Part shown: piece by piece, positions 10,967 to 23,999 of the stretch
Position numbering within the stretch: position 1 is the stretch's first letter
Layout of the letters: every line of letters starts with the position of its first letter
Assembly: GCA_013239625.1 (NCBI GenBank)
Contig: MU057036.1
Span: forward strand, 6,290,903 to 6,354,902
Origin: Lama guanicoe
Lineage: Eukaryota
Reading direction: 5' to 3'
DNA: 64,000 bases
Notes under the pieces: generated by a model
What the model saw: the letters and a program-made list of their open reading frames with translations, nothing else
Databases searched by the model: none
What the model was told of the DNA's origin: nothing
Position numbers and translations under genes: made by a program

Positions 10967-12487
10967 GATCTAGGCTTCCTATCCTGACTCTTCTAGCTCC
11001 AGCCTCCCATCCCTCCTTATTCCGATTCCTTCCTTACACACAAAAAAATCACAATTCCTTTTTATCTAGACCTCCTCCCTAGATGAGGCTCCACTCACCT
11101 CTATGTAAGGAAAGCTCCTTCAAAGATTTTTCTGCACTGAAGGACCAGCCCCCCACCTCCGATCTGAGTTGCACTTCTCCCCTGAAATGCTGGCGCATTG
11201 GAGTGACTTCTCTTTTCCTTTGGGGGAGGGAGAAAGCTAGTGTCCGTGGGGGACAGCCAGCCGATGGCTAGGGAAGAGTCTAAGGGTTAGACTTGGGTGA
11301 GCAGTCTGGAAGGTTCTGTGGTTAGACACTGATGATCAGAGCTGGGCTAATCAGAACCAGGCATGTGGGCAAAGCACAAAGGACCATATCCCAAAATGTG
11401 CAGACTGAGGTGGAAATGAACAGAGACGTCAGTGTGTCCACCTCTCTCTTTGGAAGAGAACTCTAAGCTGAGAGAGACGACCCGCACAGTTAACAAGGAA
11501 AAGCCGCAAATCTATGTGATGCTGGCGTGTGGGCACAGATTGACCAGGAATGGGTGATGAGCAACTTGAAGAAAGAAGAATAAAGGCCTCACCAAGCGAA
11601 TAAGTGCATTTCAGAAAAAGTTTCCTCTAGAATGGAATTATTTTAAATAAGCCTCATTTGCCTTTTGACATCCAGCATGACGTTGAAAAGTTACTCTTAA
11701 CAACACAGCAAGAGTTAAAATACACGAATGTTTGTGTATGTAGTTTAACTAGGAAAAAAAAGTCCAGTAACTTTTCTTTATTAAACTCTAACATCAATAC
11801 TCATCTTGAAAACGATACATTGTTCTACTCAAAATGAAAGCAGCGATGAGCACATAGTAAGCAATCAATAAGCCCTTGTGGATTGATTGAAAGTAAATCA
11901 CAAATAAAAAAACAAATTAGGAGCCCAGACTCTGCTGACCATTCCCTCCCCAGGCTAATGAGCTGTTTACTTCGCTGGTGATGGTCTCTCGTTAGGGGCT
12001 GTTAGTGCAAAACGTGCTCGTTGAGGTTGGGTCTGGGCGCATCAGCGTGAGAGATCAGTCTGTCTCTCAGGTGGTGGTGACTGCAGAGCTAGGATGGCAG
12101 GCACAGAACCCCGGTTCTTTTCATTTTCACAGAGGGCTGTGACTTCATCCATCAGCTCCTTAAAGGAGGAAGTCTCCGACTGGCACTGCAGTAAGTGGAG
12201 GAGAGCTGGTCCCTTGGGGCAAGTCATGGGTTTGAGGGGCAAAGAAAGAGGCACTTGCTGGTTAGGAATTTCAAACCAGACAGTGTAGTCTGGAAGCGGG
12301 AGCTGTGATTACTTGGATGGAATGTAGCTGGTGCGCATAATAATGCTGTGGAGCCAATAATAGCAACAATTGTGATGGGCACTTGTTGTCTTTGTTCTGT
12401 GTCCACTTCTCCTGCTTCTGATGAAAGTGACCCTACAGACTGCTTTTGGGGGCGAGGGGGGCAATGACGTGTCCCTTTCCACCCCTG

Positions 12488-12870
12488 CTATTAGTTAAAG
12501 CACAAGACTCAGTAGCCATAACAAAGACTCCAAAATGAAGTGTCTCAGACTTTAAGACAGAAGGTTAGTTCTCTGTCACGTAACATTCCAGAGCTCTGCT
12601 CCACCATCATCCACGGACCTGGGCCAGCAGGGCAGACACGTCAGCCACCGTCAGTGCATGGCCTCCAGGGTGGCCTCAGTCTTTGCCACGTCCATCCTGC
12701 AGGAAGGAAAGGGAGCCTGGAGGAAGGTGGCCTTGTGGGTGGCTACCTACTACTTGGACTCAGATTCCATTGGAGCAAACTTGGCTATATTTGGCTTCAA
12801 GGGAGTCTGGGAATTGCAGTTTCTAGCCAGGCCCCATATGTGCCAGCCATTACTCCAGGCAAAAGTTGAG
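12488..12870 (-). mobile_element. MaLR LTR (MLT1J-like)
   Basis: 'ataacaaagactccaaaat...ttaagacagaagg', 'tggcctccaggg', 'ttccattgg', 'caagggagtctgggaattgcagt'. Confidence 0.6.
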
Positions 12871-13429
12871 CACATAATCCAAGCTGGGTAAAGGACTCTC
12901 TCCCTCAAACACGCTCCCTAGAAATTTTAATTTTGAGCAGAGTGCCAAGAAGCACGAAAATGGTTGGAGCCAATCCTCCCCAGTGGCAGAACCTGTCACC
13001 TAGGCATTCGGAACTGCGCTAATTCCTGCCTGGTTTTTTCACCTTTCCCCAATGCACAGCTGCCTCTCCCTTCTCTGCTCAAGCTAATGAGAGTTGGTGT
13101 TCATTATTTGCAAGAAAGACAGCAATTGATGCAACTACCTCTTGAGAACCACCTACTGCTTATCTCAATAACAAAGATTTCTTGTGTACCTACTGTGTGC
13201 TGGCCAATGTTCTAGGCAGTAGAATACACTGATGAGCAAAACAGATCACGACCCTACCTTCACTGAGTCGCCTCGTCTGATTTCCTGCAAGCAAATCTCT
13301 TGGCTCAGGGAGCTCTCTCCTCTGTTTCTTGGGTGGGAGGCTGAAACTGCAGGTCACACTCAGCAAGTTTCCCACCTGGGCGAGTGAGTACACATGATTA
13401 TCAATACCCCTTGCGCTTTTCTGGGGCAT

Positions 13430-14150
13430 TCTCGCTTTCATTTTGCCTTGTGTTTGTGTTTGCCAGATGTAAATTAATTGCAGTGAATCCCACAAGTGAG
13501 CTTTCCCAGGGCAGCAATTTGACTGTTGCACTGCGGCCTCGACATCCCTACCAGCTACAGGCTTAATGTTGGTGACAAGTTAGAATTTGCATATTAGCGG
13601 GCATCAGTGTGCTGCTTTCCGGTGAACCCAAAGGAGAATTCCATCTCCCCTCAGGCTGTTATTAGGGGCATCCAGTACTTAGGAGCACATTCAAAAACAG
13701 ATGCCTTCATTAGGGTCTCCCCTTTACCTCATTGTCATGCAAATCGCCCGAATCAAGGAGTTGGAAAAACTGTTGGAGAGGTGACCCTAGAGCATCTTAA
13801 AGAAGTAACAAGTCAACGTTCAGGGCATTCCTTGATTAATTGGGACTGCTAGGAAAATACTGCCGCCTTCCGCCAATGGGAACTTGCTGACGTCAAATTA
13901 TCCCTGAGTACCCTCCAGTCATGTGTGAAACTCCCTCTTGCTACTTCTGTCAATTCTTTTTCCTACCTTTTTGTTTTGTTTTGTTTTGTTCTTTTGGAGG
14001 CGTGGAGGTGGGACTTGAAAGAAGAAGTGGGACTTGGAAGGAGTTGCCAACTGCAAATGTTCAAGCTAATTAGCAGGGCGCTGGGGACCAGGCGGGCCGT
14101 GAGGGTGTCGGGGCAGTGTGGGAGTGGGGTGGACCAGTGCACTTAATCCT
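13430..14150. promoter_or_regulatory. Candidate enhancer/promoter: SOX-OCT composite, second octamer, CCAAT box, CRE
   Basis: CATTGTCATGCAAAT 13730-13744; ATTTGCAT 13585-13592; CCAAT 13873-13877; TGACGTCA 13888-13895; no recognisable repeat. Confidence 0.5.
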
Positions 14151-14562
14151 AGCAGCCTAATAGGTTTCAACCCTAAAGATACGTGGTAGAAAGATGGCAT
14201 GAATAATTCAGTGAGCACGAGGTCCTGAACCCACATTTTCTCTCATAAAGAGGAAAGCCAGGAGCCTTGGGTACCAAGTCTGAAACCTATCAGAGCTAAA
14301 TCTTCCTCTTTCAGAGTTTCTAAGTGCTGTGTAGGTGTGAAAAGCCTTATTACCATGTAATTTTGTTGGGAGCAGACTTCCAAGTACCTGCTTTACTTTA
14401 TATTCACACACACAAAAAAGATCAAAATGCATTTTATTTCCTAACAATAGCCAATTTGGCTATAATTATTGTAAAATACTGAATTTTTGAGGCAGAGCGC
14501 CCAAGTGACTCCCTCCATGGCTCCCCTCCATACGTGAATATCTTCTTATTTATCGCCTTCCC

Positions 14563-14869
14563 NNNNNNNNNNNNNNNNNNNNNNNNNNNNNNNNNNNNNN
14601 NNNNNNNNNNNNNNNNNNNNNNNNNNNNNNNNNNNNNNNNNNNNNNNNNNNNNNNNNNNNNNNNNNNNNNNNNNNNNNNNNNNNNNNNNNNNNNNNNNNN
14701 NNNNNNNNNNNNNNNNNNNNNNNNNNNNNNNNNNNNNNNNNNNNNNNNNNNNNNNNNNNNNNNNNNNNNNNNNNNNNNNNNNNNNNNNNNNNNNNNNNNN
14801 NNNNNNNNNNNNNNNNNNNNNNNNNNNNNNNNNNNNNNNNNNNNNNNNNNNNNNNNNNNNNNNNNNNNN
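14563..14869. other. N block (307 nt) in non-repetitive context
   Basis: Run of n. Confidence 0.99.
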
Positions 14870-15565
14870 TCACCTCAGTAAGATCTATGCCATCCTGGAG
14901 GAACATCAGAGCCTGCCTGAAAAACAGAGAAAGAGGTTGGACGTGCTGTATTCTGCTGCAGGGGCTGAGGCAGTTTGTTTTTCACTTGTGTTCCTTGTGT
15001 TTAATGCCAGGAGTTAAAAAAAAAAAAAAGCTAGGGAGTAAAAATAGCACGTGGGCCTCTTATCTTAGTCTGTGATCATGGTGACTGTGAAAATATTATG
15101 GCCTGCTTATCTTGGGAGCAGCTCCAATCACACCCGCTTATTATAACTTGGAATAATGGATGGAGAAATATCTGCCATACCAGCCTCGGACGGAGCGCTC
15201 TAAATTAGTTTCTGTTCGCATTTAGAACTTGGGGACCCAAAATGGAATGCAGTCGTGGCAACGAGAGGATGTCGCCCTAATGATGCACTTGAAGAAAACC
15301 AGAAAGGAAGAGTCCCCGTCTTTAAAAAGAGGAGAAAGATTTGATCAACGATGCATTAAAGGAAGGAAACAATTCATGTCTTGGAGAGGCGTTCGTTTAC
15401 TAAGCTGCTTGTAGCTGCTGTGATAGCTTCCTGAAGATGGCATTTCTATTTCCTTTTGCAAAATGGGTTGTCCGTTATGCCTCAAAATGGGATGATCTTG
15501 GCCATATCGGGTCAGAGAAACCTTGACCTCCTTCCTCTGAAGGTGTTTTCAGCCGGAGTGTTTTT

Positions 15566-15974
15566 GCAATGGGCTGAATTGTGTCCCCTCTGCCAGATTC
15601 ACGTGTGAAAGCCCTAACCCCCATACCACAGAACATGACTTTCTTTGGAGAAAGGGCCTTTCAAGAAATGATTAAGTGAAAATGAGGCTGCTAGTTGGGG
15701 CCCTAATCCAATCTGACGGATGTCCTTATGAGAAGAGGAAATTTGGACCCACAGAAAGACACCAGGGTTGTGGGTGCACAGAGGGAAGTCGATGTGAACA
15801 CACAGGGGGAAGGCAGCCGTCTGCAAGCTGAGGGGAGAGGCCTCAGAAGAAACTAAACCTGCAGACACCTCCATCTTAGACCTCTAGCCTCTGGAACGGT
15901 GAGAAAACTCACTTCTGCTGTTAAGCCACCCAGTGTGTGGTATTTTGTTGCAGCAGCTCTGGAAAGCTTATACC
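15566..15974 (+). mobile_element. MLT1A-like MaLR solo LTR
   Basis: 'tgggctgaattgtgtcccc...gggccctaatccaatctgac..gtccttatgagaagagga...gagaggcctcagaagaaac...ttaagccacccagt.tgtggtattttgtt'. Confidence 0.85.
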
Positions 15975-17524
15975 ACTGGGGTGGGAGAGGGGCATCCTCT
16001 TACAGAAAGGACAGCTTCTCCGAAGCGTGTTCACCAGCTCACTGGGGCAGGAAGGCAGGGTTGACGAAAGCATCAGCTTGTTTTGCCTTCTCTGCAGTGC
16101 TGGGTTTCAGCGGCTGGGTGGGCGGGGTATCGACTACATGAATACCTCTCCTACGTCCTCTGACTCAGCATCCATATTTGTCAGCGGCAAACAGGACAGT
16201 TTTGTAACACCTCGCCGTGGGCAATGAGGAATCAAGGGGACTTTCTGAGTCATCAACATTCTACACAGGCGAAAGCTCACACTTCCTTCATACTGCCAAA
16301 TACCTGTGGACTGATGGAGACCCAGGAGGGTGGTGATGCCGGAAAGGCTGGGGGATGGAGGGGAGGACGGGGCTGCAGTTTGTTCCTTTTATTCACCAGC
16401 TTTGCTTGACGCCCGGGCCTCGGGCCCAGCACCACACATCAGCCACCTGCCCGAAGGCACGCGCCATTCATCTCTGTGGGATAATTTCCTTCTCTCCGAC
16501 CGCAGAGAGCGCTGGGCTATCTTTGGCCAGGGAAAGAATGTTGACTGTTTGACACACTGAAACATAAATCACTCTCTCTAGGCCTTGTTAACTTTTACTT
16601 ATAAACTGTTTTAATGTAGAACTGTCAGGAGCCGGTGAAAATAATGGGTGGTGACAGGTTCAGGATTAAAATCTTCTCAGGTAGTTAGGATGGTGAGTTA
16701 GGTTATAAATTGCTTTTAAAGAGCTGAGGCATGGACTGCGAGCTTCATATACCTACTCCAAATGGACATCAATGAGGCAGCTGGGACAAGTACAGGCTAG
16801 TAATTCATCTTAATTATTTGTCAGCAAAGCCATCATAATAAGAGATGTCTTTCATTTTGATGAAAATGACCCCTGGTAATCTCCAAAGGGTCTCGTCTGA
16901 AAAGCACCATTGAAGGGAAGAAGTTGAGTCTTCTGGGGCTTGGGATTTTGTGCTTCAAGCAAAGAGCTAGAATCAGAAAAATATACCAACGGATGAAGAG
17001 CTACAGCTCGAGTGTCCAGTTAGAGATGCACCCATAATTCTCTCAGAGGACCGCATTTGCTTCAGCACCAAGGCATCAGTGGGCTCTTATTTTTTCTTGG
17101 AACTTTAATTAGAGTTCAGGACCTACTGGACAGGGATGGCTTTTACTCACTGGGAGGCGGGGCTTTGAGGAAGGACCAGGACCTGCCACTACACCCCAGA
17201 GCGGAGGCATGGATTGTGGAATATAGAAGTTCAATGAACAGACAAAGCAAAGAGCAGCCATCTCCAGCCCTAGAGAAACAAACTGCTTTCTCAGGGGTAT
17301 ATACCTGAAAAGGGTGTGTGGATGTCCAACAGGAGAAGGAGACTTGACTGGGAACCTAGGCAAGAACCGGGCTGAGCACGAGGTGGGGAGAGAGGAGCTG
17401 ACCCACAGCCTTTAGAACTCAGGCCCACCCCTACTGATGCTGTCCCTCTGAGAAGAATTTCTCGGTACTTGGGGAACTCACAACGGTCACACAGAGGGAC
17501 GCCAAGAAGTCCGACTCTCAGAAT

Positions 17525-17655
17525 CTTTTATTCACTCATTCATTCTACACTTATTGTATGCCTACTGCATGCCCACACTCTTCCAGAGCCTGGGATATTT
17601 CTGTGAATAAAACCAACAAAACCTATCTCTTCGTGGAATATACCCTCTAGGGGGA
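17525..17655 (-). mobile_element. L2 LINE 3' end
   Basis: 'ttcactcattcattc...ttattgtatgcctact...ctgggatat...gtgaataaaac'. Confidence 0.65.
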
Positions 17656-18484
17656 TCAGTTACTCCATGTCAAGACTCATCCATCAAATGGGACGAAGGC
17701 TGCTTCTGTGGTTTGTTCCTTGAGACGAGGGCTGCCTGGGAAGGGGAGCCTCAGGCAGTGGGAAAACACCTGCCAGGAAATGAGCTGGAAGGATGGGCTG
17801 CCTCAGAGTCACACATCCTCTTGGGCCGATGCTTCTGGGCGGAGAAGCCTTTCTGCATCTTGGAGAAGCTCTACAATTCAATAACAGTTCACTAAGATGT
17901 TTCTGACTCTTGAAACATGTAACTATAGCTACAGACAAACTGCATTACAGGGCTTCTGAGAACCATCTGCTAGACTTTAATTTGTTTCTGAGGACTGAGA
18001 GGATTATAAATCATGCAATAACCCATCTAGGAACATTCTTGCCTCCATATTTGCAGCTAAAAAAAAGGGCATGTAGTAACATCAACTTACTTTACCATTC
18101 TTTTCTTGGTGAAAAGAAAAGAGAGGTCCTTGTTCAGGACCTCTCACTAATGGATGGAAACAATAGAATCTCACTAACACAGTGCACAATTTTACTGTAT
18201 GCAAATAAAGTTTGCAAATATACTGTATGCAAATATAGTTTGAATATTGTTTAATAAATTTGAAATACTGTTCCATAGGAATTTTTAACAGGTTTTTTTC
18301 TGTATTAAATGTGTAAGACTATATCATATCATCCCAAAGAGTCATTAGCAGACTCAGAATCATGACTGAAGAATCTACCGCATGAACATGTAAGACTCAT
18401 GGATAAAATTATGCAGGAAAGATAAGACTTCCAGCCCACTCTTCTCAGGGAATGCACTTTAGGTTGTATTTCCAATAATCAGAT

Positions 18485-18930
18485 CCTCCATTTAGCAAAC
18501 ATTTGTTGGGCACCTGTATTGTGCCAAGCCCAGTCCCCTCTAGGAGCTCCCAATTTAAGGGAAAAGAAACATGTAAACACAGAATCTCTAAAACAGGTTA
18601 TGCTATAAAAAAGTATATTTTAAGGTACCATGGGTACACAAAAGTGGAAGCCCTTAACTCTGCCTGGCATGCTTCCCAGAGTAAAGAACATTTGTACATT
18701 CCTTGAGGAATTCCCAGCAACTGCAAAAAACTTATATAAAAGTCAGAGAGGGAAAGAAAGAGCCTGGAACGTTCTAGCAACCTCAAGCACAGCATCGAGG
18801 CTGGAGCCCAGGGTTATATGAGAGAGTGATGAAAGATGAGGCTGGAAATATTGACCAAGGCCAGATCATGGCAGGTCTGGTCAGCTATACTGGGGAATTT
18901 GGACTTAATCTTAAAGATAAGAAGCAGAGT
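18485..18930 (-). mobile_element. L2 LINE fragment
   Basis: 'catttagcaaacatttgttgggcacctgtattgtgccaag' and downstream 'gatgaggctgga...ggccagatcatg...gaatttggacttaatc'. Confidence 0.65.
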
Positions 18931-19066
18931 TTGGAGAAAGTGTACTTTCCACTGATTCACCCACCCTTGCTCACTCCATCTTCTCTGAAATAATGGGATT
19001 TCAAGACAGTGCACTCCATGCCCCTGACAAGTTGGGAACTAATGTATCCATCTGAGGATTAAGCCT

Positions 19067-19420
19067 TGTCCTTTGCTTACCTAGAGATGATCATATTAAG
19101 TGAAGTAAGTCAGACAGAGAAAGACAAGTATCATATGATGTCGTTTGTATGTGGAAAGCAAGCAGGAAGGAAGGGAGGGAGGAAGGAAGGAAGGAAGGAT
19201 AGAAAGAAAGAAAGAAAGGAAGGAAGAAAGGAAGAAAAGATACAAATTTTACTCATAAGCCAGATATAGACTCACAGACCTAGAAAACAAACTGTGGTTA
19301 TCAGGGGAGGAAGGGGGGGTAAGGCATAGATTAGGAGTTTGGGATTAATAGATACACACTACTGTATATAAAATAGATAAACAACAAGGATTTACTGTAT
19401 AGCACAGGGAACTATGTTCA
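19067..19420 (+). mobile_element. L1 ORF2 end/3' UTR fragment with internal (GGAA/GAAA)n expansion (~19155-19240)
   Basis: Translates LEMIILSEVSQTEKDKYHM (L1 ORF2 C-terminus); UTR breaks off at 'gcacagggaactatgttca'. Confidence 0.9.
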
Positions 19421-20721
19421 GGAGTGGGCTGACAGCCAACTAGTCCATGCTGTTTTTTCATATTTCTCTCTGCTCCTTGGCACTTTAAGAAAAGTCATAT
19501 TAAAGAGTAATGTCCAGGAAATATTTTTCTTTAGATCTTGCCCAAATGACTTTCAGATGTGATGAGATGGCATGCTGTCTTATTTAACAAGTCTGGAAAT
19601 GAGGAGTGAATGAGTCTATACTATTGGAGAATTTTGAAACACTTTCTTTAAATGGCACCCATTTGTTTTATATGGGATGGGATGAAATTTAGCAAATCAA
19701 ACATGCCTTTCGATGTGGCGAAAATTGGAGTCTGTTGACTGAACATTTCTACTTGGACTCTCATAGTTTTACTTCAAACATCCATCAATTGCTCTGGGTG
19801 CTTGAAGTTTTTTTCTAACTGCCACTTGCTGACTTCTACTGCGGAGGAATGTGAAAAGAGAAGGTGTTGGGTGGGTTGAAAAGAGCCCTGTCAATTTTCT
19901 CTATTCCATGCTGGGCTCTGACAATGTCTTGATTTGTAGGGTGGGACAAAGCACTTAACCTTTGTGTCTCCAAACGCAAATGATGAATTCCATTCCATTT
20001 ACATTGTTTATTAACAGATGGGAGTTGCGTGTGATTAACTGCTCTGTTCCCTCATTTCTTTGACCTTAAGATGCCAGCCTCTCAAGGGGTTGCTCTACAG
20101 AGACGTACAGCAATCAGAGCCTCAGAGGAAGTGAGCAAATACTCAATGGATGATAATGGTGAGGAGAAAACTCACCTGACTTCTCAGCAAATGCCAGACT
20201 CCCTGCGGGACGACAGGTGTGGAAGGTGAGCCCTACCTCCTTTGGAGAGCAGGAAGAAGTGATGGAAAATGGAAAGAAAGGTGGAGGTTCACTAAAGCTG
20301 AATCTACTCTACTTTTCCATAGGAAAGCCACTGATAATAACTCAACTGGTTCAAAATCAAATGGCAGGTCAGATCTTTGATGAATTTCAAGAGATTAAAT
20401 CAGTTATGTGCTGTTGACACTTGGCCACTAAGCCCAATGGGAGTTCTTTGACCTGGCATCACCGTCAATAACTTGGCAGATGAGGAGAGAAGCAATGAAG
20501 TCATGAAGAGTCTAGCTATCTATTTTCCATTCACTTTATGAAGCTCTTTTCAGGTTGCTCCCAAAGTCTTCCACACAGCAACAAAGGATACTTCTTTATC
20601 CCCAATGCCTGATAAGATGAACTACAATTCTTCTCTGTATTTGTGTGTGTTTCTGAATCCACATGAAATTATGGGGAAATATTTAGGGCTGGTTCCCTAA
20701 AGATTTAGGCTTTCCTTGAAA

Positions 20722-21120
20722 CCAGCATTTACTAAAACGTGTCCCCCGCAAAAATACCAGTTTCCAAGATGCTCTTCAAATTAGAATTCCTCGATCAAAT
20801 AAGTTTGGGAAACACTTTCACAATTTATTTCCTAAGTGTTAGGGATACAGTGATGAACAAGTCATTCAATGCCTGGTCATAGCATAAGGTAAAGTTGGAG
20901 AAAAGGCAGAGGCGGATCGTGTAAGGTCTTGTAAACCACGGTAAGGACTTCGGCTTTTATGATTAGAACAGGCAGTTATTGGAAGATTTTAAGCAGCGTT
21001 GAGCCAGTGCATAGTGGAATATTAAGAGGAAGACATCTATAAAGCTTCGTTTAATCCAGTTATTCCAACCTATTTGACTTATAATATCTATTAACACATT
21101 AGGAAACATAATTTTGAACT
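20722..21120. mobile_element. MER103-like hAT fossil split by an L2 fragment (~20825-21000)
   Basis: 'tcaaataagtttgggaaacact' half and 'gtttaatccagt..ttccaacctatttgac...tctattaacac' half flank L2-like sequence. Confidence 0.55.
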
Positions 21121-21314
21121 TAAGAGGAGGATTCCTTTATTCCATTTTGATGTCCTTGCCCATTATGCCCCTTTAATACAAAGATGCTGCTCCTGGACCA
21201 GGGTTTTCACTGCAAAATTATTCCAATTTGGAAACTTAGCTACTTCCATGCTTTTCCCCAACCCTGTGTTCACAATGCTGAGTTATTATTATTTGGATAC
21301 ATCAATTTCTCCCC

Positions 21315-21752
21315 TGTATTAGATAGGGTAGGATAACTGCTGAAATTAACAGACCTAGAAAATACATACTGGCTCAAACACCGTAGGGATGTATTTCTTG
21401 TTGATGTTATAACTGCACAGGGCAGGTGAATAAGTCAGCCGGTATCCTTCCTCCATACAATCATTCGGGGATCCAGGCTGATGGAAGTTTGCCATTTTCA
21501 GTACATGGTTTCCAAGGCTCCCCTGGGGCTCATCTTCTTTCTGCCCAGAGAGTAGAGGAAGAAAGCATGGGGGGGGTGATGGGCAGCCAACATGTCAGCT
21601 CATGTTTAGAACTAGAAATAGTCACATGACTCCACCTGGGTGCAGAGAAGTTAGGATATGTGGTTCTTGGATGAACAGCTACCTTCTAATGACATTCTAC
21701 ATTATGGAAGTGTTGCATGAAGTCTGTTATACAGCTATCCATTTCTGCTACA
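21315..21752 (-). mobile_element. MaLR LTR (MLT1I/J-like)
   Basis: 'tgtattag...tggctcaaacac...tatttcttg', 'tcattcggggatccaggctgatgga', 'agtcacatgac', ending 'tctgctaca'. Confidence 0.7.
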
Positions 21753-23999
21753 CACCTACTATACTGACAGCTCTTTGAAGGAAGGACTGTAAGTTTTCAT
21801 GATTTCATTTTTGCTAGTTTCATAAATATATCACGATGCTGGCATAAAACAGATGTCCAATAAATGTTGGTTGAAATAAGCAATAGTACATCAAGAACTT
21901 ACATAACTCAACCAGAAGGATGGAAAGAGTTGAAGAGATCATCAGAAAGCAGAATAAGGCAGCTGTGATGGTATTTCTGTTCCAAAGAAATAAATATTTG
22001 CAAAGGAAGTGGTCAAATCTGAAGTTTAATTTCTCCCTTGATTTATCTAAAGGGGGCTTTAAGCAAAGCAGAGGTGAATTTAGAGACAAGGATGAGATTT
22101 TCAGAGGCTTATCTGTAAATGAAGAAAGTGCCTTCTACATTTCTTCATTGTGTTTTTGGCCTGGACCCTCACAAAGCAGCCCGAACCCCATCAGACATCT
22201 TCGGGGTCATAAATCACACAGCGGCATGGTGAGCACTAAATCAATAGAGTTTCTAATTTTTGTAAAAGCGGGAAGGTGCTTATGTAACCCTGTTGGGGAA
22301 AGAGAAGGCCACTGGCAGCTTGCCTTGTTTATCCTGAATTGGATTCACGCTTGGAGGCCTCTCCACTCTGTGGAAGCCCTTTTGCTCAGATGGCACTGGG
22401 GAAGATGCTGAAATCTACAGTCCTTGGACACTTGATTTCCCCGTGTTATCTTGTTCTCACCAGAGTTCATTCTGCAGTTGGAACTGACTGAAGAGAGGTG
22501 TTTACAGTAGTGCTGCGCATTGGAGCGTGGCTAACATTTCCTCTGTAGGAGTAAGAAGAGGTGGGAACTGGAACAGAATGAGCATTTATCATCTGGGACA
22601 ACTTCCCTCCCAAATGTGATCGTCATATCTCTTCAGAGAAATAAAGCATTTGGAGTGCTTATTTTGTATGATCCTGAAGTTTTCCATTCCTAAACCCTTC
22701 ACACCCCCATGATATGATCTTAAAGCAAAGAACATCTGAACAGAAACACAGCCTGTCCTGTGGTCCCCTAAGCTTCTCTGCCTCCTCTATTTATTATCCA
22801 CATCCCCAAAGAGCTGAATGTTCTGGGCTATCTTTATTGGGAAAGTGGAATGGAAATGTATTTTTCTTTTCAGCAGAACCAAGGTGGAGAGAGGCACCAA
22901 CAGTTTAATATTCCATATGCATGGTCTGTTGAACCAGTCCAGCAGCTTTCAACAGGGCTGGATATCAAAACTGCCCTTCACAGACCAGGGAGAGTTAAGT
23001 GGGAGAGAGAGAAAATGATATGACATAAATGATCGAAGCAATAAAACTCACTGCTCAATTAGTCACTGGGAGAGGCAGGAGGTGGAGGCGACTGGTGGTT
23101 GAGGAAGAGCGTCTATCTGCTTTGCAGAGATGCTATTCATTCCACACTGGCACCCCAACCTGCTTGGCTCAGCTGCAGAACTCAGGCTGGTTGTTAATTT
23201 TCCAGGAGGTCTACCTATCTCACCCCTGAATTCTGTTACTTTAAAGTATTAGCCAGTTAAACCAAGGATATCCATTATCCTGTGCAATTAACTCATGCCT
23301 CTCTGTTTTGATGGCAGTGGGAGAAAACAGCATTGCACCTAGCCCAGCCCCTGCAGGTACTGTGGGTTTCTTTCCTTCTCCCAAGCTACCTTTATAAGAT
23401 GGACTGAAAGTGAAAATCCTTCAAGACTCATCTAGCAACGTCTAGAAACCTTCATGAATATGTTTTTATAGGCCTGACAGGCTATCAGCAAGTCCTGATA
23501 TGAGATATTTCTGACAACTGCTCCTGGCCTGACCCTGGAAGGTGTTCTAGGAAATCCAGAACTAGGGCAAAATTAGCTGTGCCCCAGAAAATCTGGACTG
23601 TCATCAAGAAAGAGTGATTTCTATTTGGAGGCACTGGTATGTGCTAATACCCATTTTTGAATTTTTCCATTCTGGTCTAAATTAGCCCTAGTACTGCCAA
23701 AGCCTAGCCACTTAATGAGAACAATTATTTCTGGATTTCAATTAAATTGAATTAAAGAAGTATTTTATTTGTTTTTATTTAAAATTTTTATTATGAAAGT
23801 AATATAGCCACATTATAGAGAATATGAAAAATATACTGGGGAAAAAAAAAAGACTCCTTCCCATAATCCACTGCCCTAACAAGACCACTGACTGAGTCTC
23901 GGTGCTCCTGAATCATATTTGAGGAGCAGCTACAGCAGCAGAGGCAGGGTGGTGGCAACAAGCAACTACAGGAGCAGAAGCGTAAGGCAAGAGTTTTGC

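Noticed and set aside
14871-15015. Plus-strand frame HLSKIYAILEEHQSLPEKQRKRL...
   Set aside because: No recognisable homology; its purine run is better explained as the minus-strand polypyrimidine tract
16452-16470. Partial similarity to miR-124 (aaggcacgcg)
   Set aside because: Only ~10 nt match and no pre-miRNA hairpin evident
21920-22411. 163-aa ORF
   Set aside because: No domain features or supporting splice/promoter context; consistent with chance
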